Source of the DNA: a virus
IMG/VR virus record: IMGVR_UViG_3300007072_000008
Location: 1 to 64,000 of that record
Reading direction: 5' to 3' (one strand)
Length of the DNA stretch: 64,000 nt
This document shows, in pieces, positions 9,549-18,914 of the stretch; positions within the stretch are counted from its first letter, which is position 1; each line of letters opens with the position of its first letter. Below the pieces are notes generated by a model. The model was given only the letters and a program-made list of their open reading frames with translations, made no database searches and was not told the origin of the DNA. The translations under genes were made by a program, and so were the position numbers.

Positions 9549-9989
9549 TTAATCAGATAAATCTTCACAGTGTTTCATCACCAATTTTTCATATTCCATC
9601 CATTTAGTTACTGCCCCATCCAACCACTCTTCGATGTCGTGATGTGTATTGTTATACTCTGTGTAAGCGTCTATCCATTCTTTGATAGTAAGAGTACATT
9701 CTTTACTTTTACTGTTTTTGAACGTCGATAACTGATCATTAATCACTGTAAGTTTAGCAAACATATCGTTTAATTTCGACCATCGGCTTGTGATGATTGC
9801 GAAATCTCTACTAATCTCGTCCATCTTTTCCTGTAGATGATTGGCATGGGTATAACAGAATTGTCGTGTATATTCATGTGCTTTGCGAGATTCATATATT
9901 AATTCTTTTATATTCTCGGTCAATCTATGGTGACATTTATATAAATCACTGAAATGAGTTTGAAACTTTTTGAGTACGTTGTTTTTCAT
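9549..9989 (-). CDS. Hypothetical coiled-coil protein
   Basis: Helical ORF; ATG at 9989 chosen over the TTG at 10007. Confidence 0.65.
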   Translation of the reverse strand: MKNNVLKKFQTHFSDLYKCHHRLTENIKELIYESRKAHEYTRQFCYTHANHLQEKMDEISRDFAIITSRWSKLNDMFAKLTVINDQLSTFKNSKSKECTLTIKEWIDAYTEYNNTHHDIEEWLDGAVTKWMEYEKLVMKHCEDLSD

Positions 9990-10067
9990 AGTGGTGAATT
10001 GTAGCAAAAGTTTTTACACTTGTTGGTAAATTAAAGGTAAATTCAATCTAAATTAGAAAATAAGATT

Positions 10068-10631
10068 ATGAACTGGTATAAAAGACATAACACTCCATTG
10101 GGGGTTATTCGAGAGGTATTGAAAGATCAGACCGACCTGCAAGCTCAAGATACACACTTTTCTTGTGGAGGAGCAACCATACAGAATCTTTTTAGACTGT
10201 TGCATCGTAAGTTACCTTCAGAAAAAGTTCTAAATCACAAGCTAAATACCCAACCAACCTCTGGCACTGCACCTAAAGCATTAGAAACATTTTTACAACG
10301 CAACAAAGTGCCATATACATACTATACGGATCAAGACGATGTAGAGGACATACTAAAACACGGAAATATTATTATCATAGAATATCAGGACTATAATAAT
10401 AATAAAAACCTCGAAGACCGACTTGCGTACACATCAAGTCATTTTGCAATTCTTGCTGGATATGACAACCGTTTCTTTTATATAATAGATAGTTATTTAC
10501 CCAAAAAAATGCCTACTAAAAGTGTAATTAAAAAAGTATTAAAAAACAAATTTTTACAAAATTGGAAAGCCCGATCTTATGATAAGCACACTTTAATGAA
10601 ACGTTGGGGTCTTATAATATCAGTCCGTTAA
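10068..10631 (+). CDS. C39-like (papain-fold) cysteine peptidase with MNWYK tag
   Basis: Q-x5-C (QDTHFSCG), GT.P motif, HFAILAGYD and IIDS give a Cys-His-Asp arrangement. Confidence 0.8.
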   Translation: MNWYKRHNTPLGVIREVLKDQTDLQAQDTHFSCGGATIQNLFRLLHRKLPSEKVLNHKLNTQPTSGTAPKALETFLQRNKVPYTYYTDQDDVEDILKHGNIIIIEYQDYNNNKNLEDRLAYTSSHFAILAGYDNRFFYIIDSYLPKKMPTKSVIKKVLKNKFLQNWKARSYDKHTLMKRWGLIISVR

Positions 10632-10933
10632 ATTGCATCATTTACAGCACATATTAATGACTGTTCGTTTAATAGACCCGTTAACTTACTAACCATATTC
10701 CCATTTTTAAATATAATCACTGTTGGCAGGGAATTAATATTGTATTTACCAGTAATATAAGGATTATTGTCTATATCTACTTTACCGAAAGTAACATTAG
10801 AAATACCAGATGCAACTTTTGATATTGTTTTATCTAATGCTTGGCATGGCTTGCACCAATCTGCGTAGAAGTCTACGACTACTGTTCCACTTACTATTTC
10901 ATTATCAAAATTTAGATCTGTGAAATATTTCAT
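10628..10933 (-). CDS. trxA: Thioredoxin
   Basis: VVDFYADWCKPC, SLPT, FKNG. Confidence 0.95.
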   Translation of the reverse strand: MKYFTDLNFDNEIVSGTVVVDFYADWCKPCQALDKTISKVASGISNVTFGKVDIDNNPYITGKYNINSLPTVIIFKNGNMVSKLTGLLNEQSLICAVNDAI

Positions 10934-10934
10934 A

Positions 10935-11486
10935 TTAAAACCTCAATTCATATTGATTGTTTAGATGTTTTCTGATTATAGAACCATAGCCTTTATCTAT
11001 TAATACAACCTGTGTACAATTCATAGCATTTAATACCTCTTCAATATATTCTTTAGAATCCCCTTCTATTTCACAATAGAAACCTAATTGGGGGATTTCG
11101 TCTATTTCTACTAAACACTTATTGAATAAATAACTATGTCGTTTTTTTTCGAATAAAAAAACCTTTTTATACCCCATTTCAGAAATCATTTTTTCAAATT
11201 TCACGCCATCTGAAACTAAAAATTCTACCTCGTTACGATGCTTTAGCTTATCACCCACTCTTTTTTGTTTTCTTTTAAATGTAACAATAAACTCTGTTTT
11301 ATTATCATAAATAGCCTCCCTTAATCGAAGAACTTCATGATTGCTATTATGTAAAGCGTTTTTGTCATAAAAGGAATTGATTTCTAATCTTTTGTATTGA
11401 AGTGTTGCTTTCTTTGTTAAAAAGCTTATAATTTCACTCTTTTGTTTCTCATTAATTTTAAATTTAGCTTCTAATTCACTTTGCAT
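10935..11486 (-). CDS. CYTH-domain protein (class IV adenylate cyclase / triphosphate tunnel enzyme)
   Basis: ExExK (ELEAKF), LRLR, EKKR, EIDE...G.YCEIEG. Confidence 0.88.
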   Translation of the reverse strand: MQSELEAKFKINEKQKSEIISFLTKKATLQYKRLEINSFYDKNALHNSNHEVLRLREAIYDNKTEFIVTFKRKQKRVGDKLKHRNEVEFLVSDGVKFEKMISEMGYKKVFLFEKKRHSYLFNKCLVEIDEIPQLGFYCEIEGDSKEYIEEVLNAMNCTQVVLIDKGYGSIIRKHLNNQYELRF

Positions 11487-11721
11487 ATAGATCCTGTTTA
11501 TATTCCTGTTCTAAGTGATAAGTAATATGCAATGCTAAAGCCAAAGCAGATACAACGCATTTCTGAAATGTATCATCAGCGTTGATTAATAAGCTTAAAG
11601 AACGTTGTGCATTATCCAAAGCACAGACAGCCCCATATAAAACTAATGTTCTTTCATGTTCAGTTAATGATAATTTGTCTAAAAATTCATTGGTCAATCG
11701 AGTTATTTCTTGATCATTCAT
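11476..11721 (-). CDS. Hypothetical protein
   Basis: Overlapping stop/start junctions on both sides. Confidence 0.6.
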   Translation of the reverse strand: MNDQEITRLTNEFLDKLSLTEHERTLVLYGAVCALDNAQRSLSLLINADDTFQKCVVSALALALHITYHLEQEYKQDLYAK

Positions 11722-12392
11722 ATATATATTTTACCCTCCCCTTTACAATATTCGCAAATTTTGATTTTTGCGTTGTCATAAATATATCCATTACCGTTGC
11801 ACAAATGACAACCAGAGCAGTACATAGTAACAATTTCTTTTTTTTCTATATACGTCCGTTCTTGCCCTGAAAGTATCAAATCTATAGGTTCTGCTCTGTT
11901 GTATAAATTTATTTCTTCTATATTAAGAGTATTAATTACTATGTCTGTTATTGTAAAAGTGGCATCTTTGCCATATCCTGTTTTGATTAAAGTACATAAA
12001 ATACCGCGCCTATAACTTCCAGGATTTTGCACTCCTAATTTGGTAGCAATTGTTTTTATTTGTTGTATCACTCTATCAGTGAACTCTACTAATTTAAGCT
12101 GCATCTCATTATCGGAATTGGTATATATAAAACACCAAGATATTATTTTATTAAACAGAGATGCTTTTTCTGGTACAGGCTCACCATCAAACAGAATTTC
12201 TACTTCATTTTTTCCATTTTCCTTCTGTAGAAAATATTTTACAACAGGATATAATTCACCTATCAAACGAATCCTATGTGATCCTGTAAACATATTATAT
12301 GTTAAAGAGCGGATCCAATTTTTCCTGTCTGCAACTGTCATATTGTGTGCAGATCGTTCCTTATACCATCCTTGAATAGTTAAATTACCCAT
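11718..12392 (-). CDS. Hypothetical protein, possibly a divergent gp32-like ssDNA-binding fold, with C-terminal CxxCxGxG Zn finger
   Basis: HRIRLIG, LIKTGYGKDATF and two CxxCxGxG repeats. The SSB call is weak. Confidence 0.5.
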   Translation of the reverse strand: MGNLTIQGWYKERSAHNMTVADRKNWIRSLTYNMFTGSHRIRLIGELYPVVKYFLQKENGKNEVEILFDGEPVPEKASLFNKIISWCFIYTNSDNEMQLKLVEFTDRVIQQIKTIATKLGVQNPGSYRRGILCTLIKTGYGKDATFTITDIVINTLNIEEINLYNRAEPIDLILSGQERTYIEKKEIVTMYCSGCHLCNGNGYIYDNAKIKICEYCKGEGKIYI

Positions 12393-12699
12393 TAATTACC
12401 TCTTGTTTTTTTGTTTTATTAATCTCAGCGATTATTTCGTTAAATTTATTTTCAGCCTGTTGTGCAAAATTAGAAAAAGCATCCTCTATAGAAGATGCTT
12501 CAATTAAGAAATCTATTGGGATTCTTCCTATTTGACCATTAGGCATAGGAGTGGTAAAAATGGCTGATCCTTCATACACTGTTATAGGAACCCCTTCTTT
12601 TAAGGCTAGCTCTGAATCTATAGCAGTATATTTGCTAACTTTACCTAGATTCTCTACGACATATTCTTCAACGGTTCTAATAACTAATGGTTTTCCCAT
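12385..12699 (-). CDS. Hypothetical protein
   Basis: IPIDFLIEASSIEDAF motif; operon position. Confidence 0.7.
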   Translation of the reverse strand: MGKPLVIRTVEEYVVENLGKVSKYTAIDSELALKEGVPITVYEGSAIFTTPMPNGQIGRIPIDFLIEASSIEDAFSNFAQQAENKFNEIIAEINKTKKQEVING

Positions 12700-12708
12700 A
12701 AGCTCGTC

Positions 12709-12990
12709 TCAGTTTTCTAATATTTTGTACAAATTCGCACCCAACCACTTTAGTTCAGCATTTAAAGCTTTTTTTCTCGTAGTAAATGGCCCCAATTTAG
12801 GACCATTCACCAACTTTAAATCGGCAAACCATTGCACATCGTCTTTAACAATCACAGGTTCTACATAGCTAACTCTCTTAATTTTATTTTTACCAATCTT
12901 TAATAGTGGTTTTAATTCATCATAATATACAAAACGCAAGTCGCCGTTAGGTAGTATAAAAATATTATATACTTTTGGCATATTATTCAC
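12709..12990 (-). CDS. Conserved hypothetical protein (RxSxVEP...WFADL..V.GP.LGPF family)
   Basis: Motif pattern I recall from Planctomycetes small proteins; not verified by search. Confidence 0.7.
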   Translation of the reverse strand: MNNMPKVYNIFILPNGDLRFVYYDELKPLLKIGKNKIKRVSYVEPVIVKDDVQWFADLKLVNGPKLGPFTTRKKALNAELKWLGANLYKILEN

Positions 12991-13418
12991 CCAGTAGCTG
13001 TTTAACAGCCACGTAATATAAGTTCTTTCCTTCCCGAGAAATGGGAGTGATAGACATAAATTCTGTTGTCTTTTGTTTTGATTTATAAATGTTTATAATA
13101 TGGCCAAACCATGTTTTACCAGATTTTAAGACATTCCACATATCTTTATAAAATGCAGAATCATGGCATTCAGATTTAAATAATCTTGGGTTTTTCCCAA
13201 TGACCTCTGTTTTTTTTATAACCAGTGTGGTTTTCAAACGCCGGATTGACCCAAATAATGTTAGCATTTTCGTCTGTAATAATTACTGGATTGGGTACAT
13301 GTGTAATAGCTTCATATAATATTTCTAATAAAATACACTCATTCGAAATTTGCTCTGACAATTTTACCAATTCTATGATTGTGCTTATTTGCATAAATTT
13401 CCTAAAACCATAACACAT
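12983..13418 (-). pseudogene. Stand-alone PAS-PAC domain protein split by a +1 frameshift in an A8 run
   Basis: VIITDENANIIWVNPAFENHTGY in one frame, EVIGKNPRLFKS...FYKDMW..LKSGKTWFG in the next. Removing one A at 13210-13217 gives GYKKTEVIG. Confidence 0.8.
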
Positions 13419-13424
13419 ATGGTA

Positions 13425-14060
13425 CTATAAAAAATTCCACTTCCTCTGCAAAATTCCCATATACTTTATAAAATCTCCCCAACAGTGCCCTCGCTCCTGA
13501 CATGTTACTGCTTTGTGTATTACATAATTCTCTTTATCAATATTTAACCAATAAGACGGATATGCATTCACAAATATTGTTCGACATTCTAAACCGTGTT
13601 TCCTTCTGATTTGTGTACTATAATCTTCAACATAACAATGATAATTGTTAAAGTTTATATCATCAAATTTTAAGCCGTGCTTACGGTTTATTACTGCTAC
13701 ACAAGCATCAACAGTTGTTAAAATTTTAGATTCGTTAGCATTTGCCCATTCATATTTAATGAGTTTAAAATTGTTATCGTTAATCGCTCCTTCAACCCCT
13801 AATATCCCAAAATTGGGGTACTGATAAATTGTGTGTAATAAAAAATCTATAAAATTAGGACAAAAAGAAACATCTTCATGTATAAACATAATTATGTCAT
13901 TTGAAGCATTATCGATAGTTTGATTATAACTAGTAGCTGGCGGGATAGTATCTGATAAGCTAAGGAATTGATAATTATGATTATTAGAATTGTTAAGACT
14001 AGGTTCTAAGTAATTAGAAAAGGCCACAGGATTATGGCGTATAGAAGCAATAGTTAACAT
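13425..14060 (-). CDS. Glycosyltransferase family 2-like protein
   Basis: SYNQ, IIMFIHEDV, VDACV, FD...F..YHCYVEDYS pattern. Confidence 0.8.
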   Translation of the reverse strand: MLTIASIRHNPVAFSNYLEPSLNNSNNHNYQFLSLSDTIPPATSYNQTIDNASNDIIMFIHEDVSFCPNFIDFLLHTIYQYPNFGILGVEGAINDNNFKLIKYEWANANESKILTTVDACVAVINRKHGLKFDDINFNNYHCYVEDYSTQIRRKHGLECRTIFVNAYPSYWLNIDKENYVIHKAVTCQERGHCWGDFIKYMGILQRKWNFL

Positions 14061-14063
14061 AAA

Positions 14064-14153
14064 CGGAAGCGATAGGATTCGAACCTATGGTGCATCTTTA
14101 TGACACACGGGAGTTTAGCAAACTCCTGCATTAAGCCGCTCTGCCACGCTTCC
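14064..14153 (-). tRNA. tRNA-Ser(GCT)
   Basis: Cloverleaf with long variable arm, anticodon stem ggagt/actcc, GGTTCGAATCC. Confidence 0.93.
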
Positions 14154-14202
14154 CAATGTTGATGTAATCACTGAATTAATCAGCGACTGCAACCCTCGGG
14201 AA

Positions 14203-14278
14203 TGCTCCCGACCGGAATCGAACCGGCGATCTCTTCCTTGAAAGGGAAGCGATGTGAGCCAACCACATCTGCAGGAGC
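14203..14278 (-). tRNA. tRNA-Glu(TTC), atypical D-arm
   Basis: cttcc-CTTTCAA-ggaag, GGTTCGATTCC. Confidence 0.88.
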
Positions 14279-14333
14279 TAGATGCACTAGACTTTTAAAT
14301 CTAAGGTCTCCAGGTTCGTTTCTTCTCCCTAAA

Positions 14334-14410
14334 TACGACGGACAGAATTCGAACCTACAGTGAGTGTTTTTCACTCGGTCACTTTGGAGGCAAATTATAC
14401 TATCGCGTAG
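14334..14410 (-). pseudogene. Degenerate tRNA-like remnant
   Basis: T-loop GGTTCGAATT retained; no valid D or anticodon arms. Confidence 0.4.
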
Positions 14411-14414
14411 AATA

Positions 14415-14488
14415 CTGCCCTGCTAGGATTCGAACCTAGAACCTTGGGATCCAAAGTCCCCTGCGCTAACCGATTGCGCCACAGGGCA
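14415..14488 (-). tRNA. tRNA-Gln(TTG)
   Basis: ggga-CTTTGGA-tccc anticodon arm; canonical T arm. Confidence 0.93.
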
Positions 14489-14494
14489 ATTAGA

Positions 14495-14576
14495 AGAAGT
14501 CAGAGTGCATGATCCTCAGACTGTCTATTAATTAGATCCAATTCGTTTCGAACGAACTGCGGGTTTTCTGCCGCCA
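14495..14576 (-). pseudogene. Degenerate tRNA-Ser(CGA)-like element
   Basis: ttcg-TTCGAAA-cgaa anticodon arm, long variable region, non-canonical T loop. Confidence 0.4.
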
Positions 14577-14603
14577 ATTCGTATAACCGTTGCACAGCAT
14601 AAA

Positions 14604-14674
14604 CTACCCCACAAGGAATCGAACCCCGACTAAAACGTTCAGAGCGTTTCGTGCGACCATTACACTATGAGGCA
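14604..14674 (-). tRNA. tRNA-Gln(CTG)
   Basis: aaacg-CTCTGAA-cgttt, GGTTCGATTCC. Confidence 0.9.
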
Positions 14675-14683
14675 AAAGGATTA

Positions 14684-15350
14684 TTAGTATAATCCATTAA
14701 TATGTAGAACTTTATGACTTACAACAACAGAAGGATTTGCATTACCATTCCAATTTGGGATAAAAAATTCTCTACTAGTAGCTGGTTCTGTAAGTCGTTG
14801 CCAACCTGCTCTGTTTAAAATTTCTTGATATATACGGGAACGAGCATTGTTATGTTTTTTATCCTTATTCCTAAATATATGAGATCTGGTAGCATAATAA
14901 CTAATTTTTATAGGCAACCCATTAATGGACTGAAAAAATTCATACAATTTTGCAACAAGTTGCTCATTCTTTTTGTTAGCTAAATATTTTTTTCCCACAC
15001 GACTATAATCACTTACACCTTCTTTATTAGACCATTCTTGCTCTTCACAATTGCTTTCCCAGCCAAATGAAACATCGCATAACGCAAATGCATTAGAATC
15101 ATCATATAAAGACAATTCAGTATATAATGCTAAATCAATAATACGACATGCATAAGTTGCATATACCCTTCTACGAATGGTATAATCCTCATCGTAATTT
15201 ACTACCTTAGCATTGTTGAATATCTGTTCAAAACTCTTTATGGCTAAATTAATTGCTTGTACAGCATCAACACCTAACTGTCTTGTTGGTAACTGTTTTA
15301 ATCTTGGAGGTAAAAAAGATATTTTTTTTCCATATTTTAGTTTTATACAT
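14684..15350 (-). CDS. Hypothetical protein, probably frameshifted near its start (A8 run)
   Basis: Frame is open from 15358 with no in-frame ATG upstream of the track's TTG start at 15115. Removing one A at 15322-15329 joins the ATG at 15350 (MYKTKIWKKISFLPPRL...). Confidence 0.6.
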
Positions 15351-15358
15351 ATTGTTAA

Positions 15359-15703
15359 CTATTCCTTTATAATTTGCGCATATACTTTATTTGGGGCCTG
15401 CTTAAAATACTTATTCAGAGCAGGACATAACCATGCTAGGTGACCTGTATTATCTTTGTACCAATACCCTGTCATATCAGATACTTTATTATCCACCAAT
15501 GTTAAAGCAATGGTTGAACCATCAAATGGATTATTGGAAAAAAGTAGCTTTACTTTTTCATGCCCTCCGGCATACTTATCTAAAAGATCATCTGTGCCAG
15601 AAACAAGACCTTCCATTTTAAGGTCTCTTAACTCGTCATCAAAATACCAGAATCGTTCACCTTGACTATTAACAACTTTGTAGGGGTAAATCGTGTAAAT
15701 CAT
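15359..15703 (-). CDS. DUF6717-like conserved phage protein
   Basis: IYPYK...WYFDD...LLFS..PF...GYWY...WLCPAL.KYF..AP. Confidence 0.75.
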   Translation of the reverse strand: MIYTIYPYKVVNSQGERFWYFDDELRDLKMEGLVSGTDDLLDKYAGGHEKVKLLFSNNPFDGSTIALTLVDNKVSDMTGYWYKDNTGHLAWLCPALNKYFKQAPNKVYAQIIKE

Positions 15704-15780
15704 ATATGGAATGTGGTTTACTTTTACCGCGAAAATAGCCTTTTTAAACAATATACTTACGGTTCACCACAGTAAGGGAA

Positions 15781-15853
15781 TGGGCGATAAGGGATTTGAA
15801 CCCCTGACCTCTCGGATGTAGACCGAATGCTCTAGCCGCTGAGCTAATCGCCC
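15781..15853 (-). tRNA. tRNA-Val(TAC), C at position 33
   Basis: tcgg-TCTACAT-ccga; canonical D and T arms. Confidence 0.9.
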
Positions 15854-15856
15854 GGA

Positions 15857-15930
15857 TGGAGACGGTGAGAATCGAACTCACAACAGATTGGTTGCAAACC
15901 ATTCTCGCTACCCTTAGCACATGCGTCCCC
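15857..15930 (-). tRNA. tRNA-Ala(TGC), atypical D-arm
   Basis: TTTGCAA loop and G3:U70 identity pair. Confidence 0.88.
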
Positions 15931-15963
15931 GAAAATACTATTAACTTTTGATAGAGCAGTCTA

Positions 15964-16037
15964 TAGCGGCTCTGGGACTCGAACCCAGCTTGAAAGCTTA
16001 TGAGGCTTTCCAGACCACCATGGCCTTGCCAGCCGCA
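15964..16037 (-). tRNA. tRNA-Met(CAT), initiator-like 1:72 mismatch
   Basis: aaagc-CTCATAA-gcttt; U1:U72. Confidence 0.85.
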
Positions 16038-16134
16038 ATCAAATAACAGACAAGTTTTGTTGAGTTAACCATCCAATACTGGTCTGTTATATTCTCCACA
16101 TACTAACACCCTAAAAACCCTTCTTGTTCACGAT

Positions 16135-16329
16135 TTATTTTTTACTGTTTAAGCTTTTAGATTCTAACAACTCTTTGGCTAGCTCTTCAAGCTCATCTTC
16201 CCATTCATTCATAGCTTTATTATAATCTGAATCTACTTCTTCTGATAATTGTTTTATAGGTCTAAATCTCCATAAAATTTGCATAGCATTTAACTTGCTA
16301 ATTATTTCATCAACCATTTTATCATCCAT
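16135..16329 (-). CDS. Hypothetical protein
   Basis: GAGG SD, 64 aa. Confidence 0.6.
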   Translation of the reverse strand: MDDKMVDEIISKLNAMQILWRFRPIKQLSEEVDSDYNKAMNEWEDELEELAKELLESKSLNSKK

Positions 16330-16357
16330 TGATACCTCTGTTCTTTTTTTACCGCAA

Positions 16358-16612
16358 TCACTCTTCTTTAAAAATATTCTCAGTTTGTTCTGGTGTATAT
16401 TTTCGCCTGTTAATAATCTCTTTTATTTTTCTGGCAATAAAAATATGAGTATATGTATGAATCTTAGAATCCTTTTCAATTGTTTCTAAATATTCTCTTA
16501 ACTCCGCTTTTTCCTCTTTAGTTAATTTCTTCTCATTTTCTTTTAAGGAAGATAATGTGGTGGATAAAGCATTATATATCTCTGCCTTTAATGCTTTCCA
16601 AGTTCTACCCAT
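16358..16612 (-). CDS. Hypothetical protein
   Basis: 84-aa charged helical ORF. Confidence 0.6.
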   Translation of the reverse strand: MGRTWKALKAEIYNALSTTLSSLKENEKKLTKEEKAELREYLETIEKDSKIHTYTHIFIARKIKEIINRRKYTPEQTENIFKEE

Positions 16613-16640
16613 ATTATTTACCAGTCGGGTTAGAGTTAGT

Positions 16641-16970
16641 TTACCACCATAGATTCAGAAAATGCTCAGAAAATAATTTCAAACCACTTTTGACTTCTTC
16701 ATATTCTTTGTTACTTAAATCCCATGCTCCTCTGCTAACTAATTCAAATGTGCGAATCATCTTATCAAGTTTGGCATTCCAGCTTTTTTCAGTTTCTCCA
16801 TAAGGAAATCCTTTACACAATTCTTTAAATCTAACCAGTCTTGGATATACAAATTTGGCAATTGTATAATCTAAACTCCAAGTATCTTGGTCAGTCCAGC
16901 CACGCTCTTTCATTTGCCTTTTAAATAAGGCTTTTCTATTTTCTGATTGTTTTTTACAACTTTTTTTCAT
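16641..16970 (-). CDS. Conserved phage hypothetical protein (WSLDYTIA...PRL..F family)
   Basis: RGW.D.DTWSLD...LDKMI..FE...GL.LF..HF.NLW pattern common in large phages; ATG at 16970 chosen. Confidence 0.75.
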   Translation of the reverse strand: MKKSCKKQSENRKALFKRQMKERGWTDQDTWSLDYTIAKFVYPRLVRFKELCKGFPYGETEKSWNAKLDKMIRTFELVSRGAWDLSNKEYEEVKSGLKLFSEHFLNLWW

Positions 16971-17198
16971 TAATACCAAAGTCCTATCATCGCTGTTATA
17001 AGCAGACTTGATAATACTACTACCTTTATAACACCAACAGTTACACATGAATAAAAAATCCAATTGGGAATATAAATACACTTACATCCGTAACTATCTT
17101 TGCAAGCAACACAATTTCTTGATTCCATGTTTTCTCCTTTTGTAAGAATCACGTTCCATCTACTTCATTTAGCTATACAAACCCTTATTAAGAATATA

Positions 17199-17390
17199 TT
17201 AAGTTTTTTGCAGACTTTTGGTTTTTTTTATAGCTCTGAAATATGAATTTATAGCTGCTTCTGCCGCTTTAAACTGGCATCTATAGTCTTTTTCAGAAGT
17301 ATAAATAGGATCAGTTTTTTTATCAGGTACTACATAAGCCCTGAATCTTACACCAAAAGGTTTAACTAATTTTTCTAATTTAATATTCAT
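17199..17390 (-). CDS. Hypothetical protein
   Basis: GGAG SD before the ATG at 17390. Confidence 0.55.
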   Translation of the reverse strand: MNIKLEKLVKPFGVRFRAYVVPDKKTDPIYTSEKDYRCQFKAAEAAINSYFRAIKKTKSLQKT

Positions 17391-17489
17391 AATTTTCTCC
17401 AAATATAATATAAAATGTCCACAGTAGAAATCGAACCGACAATACTTCTGTGATATGCAATTCGCCATGCGGACGTTATTTAAATACAC

Positions 17490-17900
17490 CTATAGGGTTG
17501 AACACATATGCTTTTTATTTCCCAATGTTGCATGGAAAGTTTTTCTCAAGCCTACGGGCGGCTGAATATAAAGGCTTTCATTAGGTAATCCTAACTCTTC
17601 CCTTATTTCTTCTAGCCGCTTTGACCATATATCTATCCAATAATAAACTTCACTATTCCTTATTTCATTACTGTATATAAAATCTACTATTTCCCCCTCA
17701 TACTTTCCCCAAAACTCCATTTTAGGCTCTACAATTTCTTTTCTTACTACAGAAATGTGAGCGTCATACATTTGTCTCTGCAAATAATTTGATATTGATT
17801 TTGGCAGTAGTTTTCTGTAATAATTAACAAGATCCTGTTCTATGTCCAGAACAACATTAGTCTTGCCATATCGAAGTTTTCTTTGTGACTGATAAATCAT
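17490..17900 (-). CDS. 2H phosphoesterase superfamily protein
   Basis: Two H-x-[S/T] motifs (AHISV, FHATL) about 75 aa apart with LEEIREELGL between them. Confidence 0.75.
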   Translation of the reverse strand: MIYQSQRKLRYGKTNVVLDIEQDLVNYYRKLLPKSISNYLQRQMYDAHISVVRKEIVEPKMEFWGKYEGEIVDFIYSNEIRNSEVYYWIDIWSKRLEEIREELGLPNESLYIQPPVGLRKTFHATLGNKKHMCSTL

Positions 17901-17903
17901 AAC

Positions 17904-17963
17904 ATCGAACCCACTTGTTTCTGTTTAGAAAACAGACGCCTAATCCAGTCTAGCCACAGGAGC
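17904..17963 (-). pseudogene. 3'-truncated tRNA-Arg(TCT)
   Basis: Intact 5' acceptor strand, D arm, tctgt-TTTCTAA-acaga and GGTTCGAT, then runs directly into the 2H gene start. Confidence 0.7.
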
Positions 17964-18110
17964 AATGTCTTTCTTTTTTACCGCAACAAACTTGTAAAGC
18001 CCAATAACGGAATCGATCTTACCACGATTGCGTGATACCCTTTTACCAATCTGTCTAAACAAGATGCAGACGGAAAACACGCAGATCAGGTATGCAATTA
18101 CGCACTAACG

Positions 18111-18186
18111 GGTGTGCGACGGGATTCGAACCCGCGAATAACATGAACCACAATCATGCGCGTTAACCAACTTCGCCACGCACACC
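18111..18186 (-). tRNA. tRNA-His(GTG)
   Basis: catga-TTGTGGT-tcatg; G-1 present. Confidence 0.93.
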
Positions 18187-18455
18187 AATTATACTTCTTC
18201 ATTATAACTTTACCTGCAAAGGTTGTTACTACACAATATAATAATCAATCGATCTAACTTTTTAGATTTTTTCTCCCGGTTTTGTATACAACTAATATTG
18301 GCCAAGAATATTACAATATCGCCATATTTTAGGGGATGCTATGCTGATTTTTTTTACGGTAAACAACAGCCCTTTCTTGCGTTCTGATGCCCATTGAGGT
18401 TCAAAGACAATTACCTGTCCACCCTGAAACTGTTTCTGTTTTCTGATCAAACATA

Positions 18456-18527
18456 TCGGGGTGACAGGGATCGAACCTGCGACTTCAAGTTCCCAAAACT
18501 TGCGGACTACCTCTGTCCTACACCCCG
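18456..18527 (-). tRNA. tRNA-Pro(TGG)
   Basis: cggggtg acceptor stem; caagt-TTTGGGA-acttg. Confidence 0.93.
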
Positions 18528-18581
18528 AACATTGCAAACAATAACAAACACTTTCACCAGATTAGCATCCCATAATTCAAG

Positions 18582-18653
18582 CTCGCAGAGCAGGATTCGA
18601 ACCTGCGACCATTCGGTTAACAGCCGAACGCACTACCGCTGTGCTATCTGCGA
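18582..18653 (-). tRNA. tRNA-Asn(GTT)
   Basis: ttcgg-CTGTTAA-ccgaa. Confidence 0.93.
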
Positions 18654-18654
18654 A

Positions 18655-18727
18655 AGCCAGAGGGGGGACTCGAACCCCCGGTTACGGGTTTACAAAACCC
18701 GCGCTGTAGCCGCTGAGCCACTCTGGC
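18655..18727 (-). tRNA. tRNA-Thr(TGT)
   Basis: cgggt-TTTGTAA-acccg; gcc/ggct acceptor. Confidence 0.92.
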
Positions 18728-18835
18728 ATTTCACATTCTAGTGCCTCTTTCATGCTATAATATTTCTTTGATTGAGCAATTATCTTTTCCGACAAGGTAA
18801 ATTGCAACAATTTTATTCATAGTAGTTTCCAAACA

Positions 18836-18908
18836 AGACCAGGGTGGGATTCGAACCCACGTATAGTGGATTTGCAATCCACTTCCTTAGCCACTCGGAC
18901 ACCTGATC
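18836..18908 (-). tRNA. tRNA-Cys(GCA)
   Basis: gtgga-TTGCAAA-tccac. Confidence 0.93.
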
Positions 18909-18914
18909 GTACAA

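Noticed and set aside
15781-15853. Amber suppressor tRNA (CTA in the loop) or alternative genetic code
   Set aside because: The 7-nt loop TCTACAT centres on TAC (Val), and long genes translate uninterrupted in code 11 with TAG used as a normal stop.
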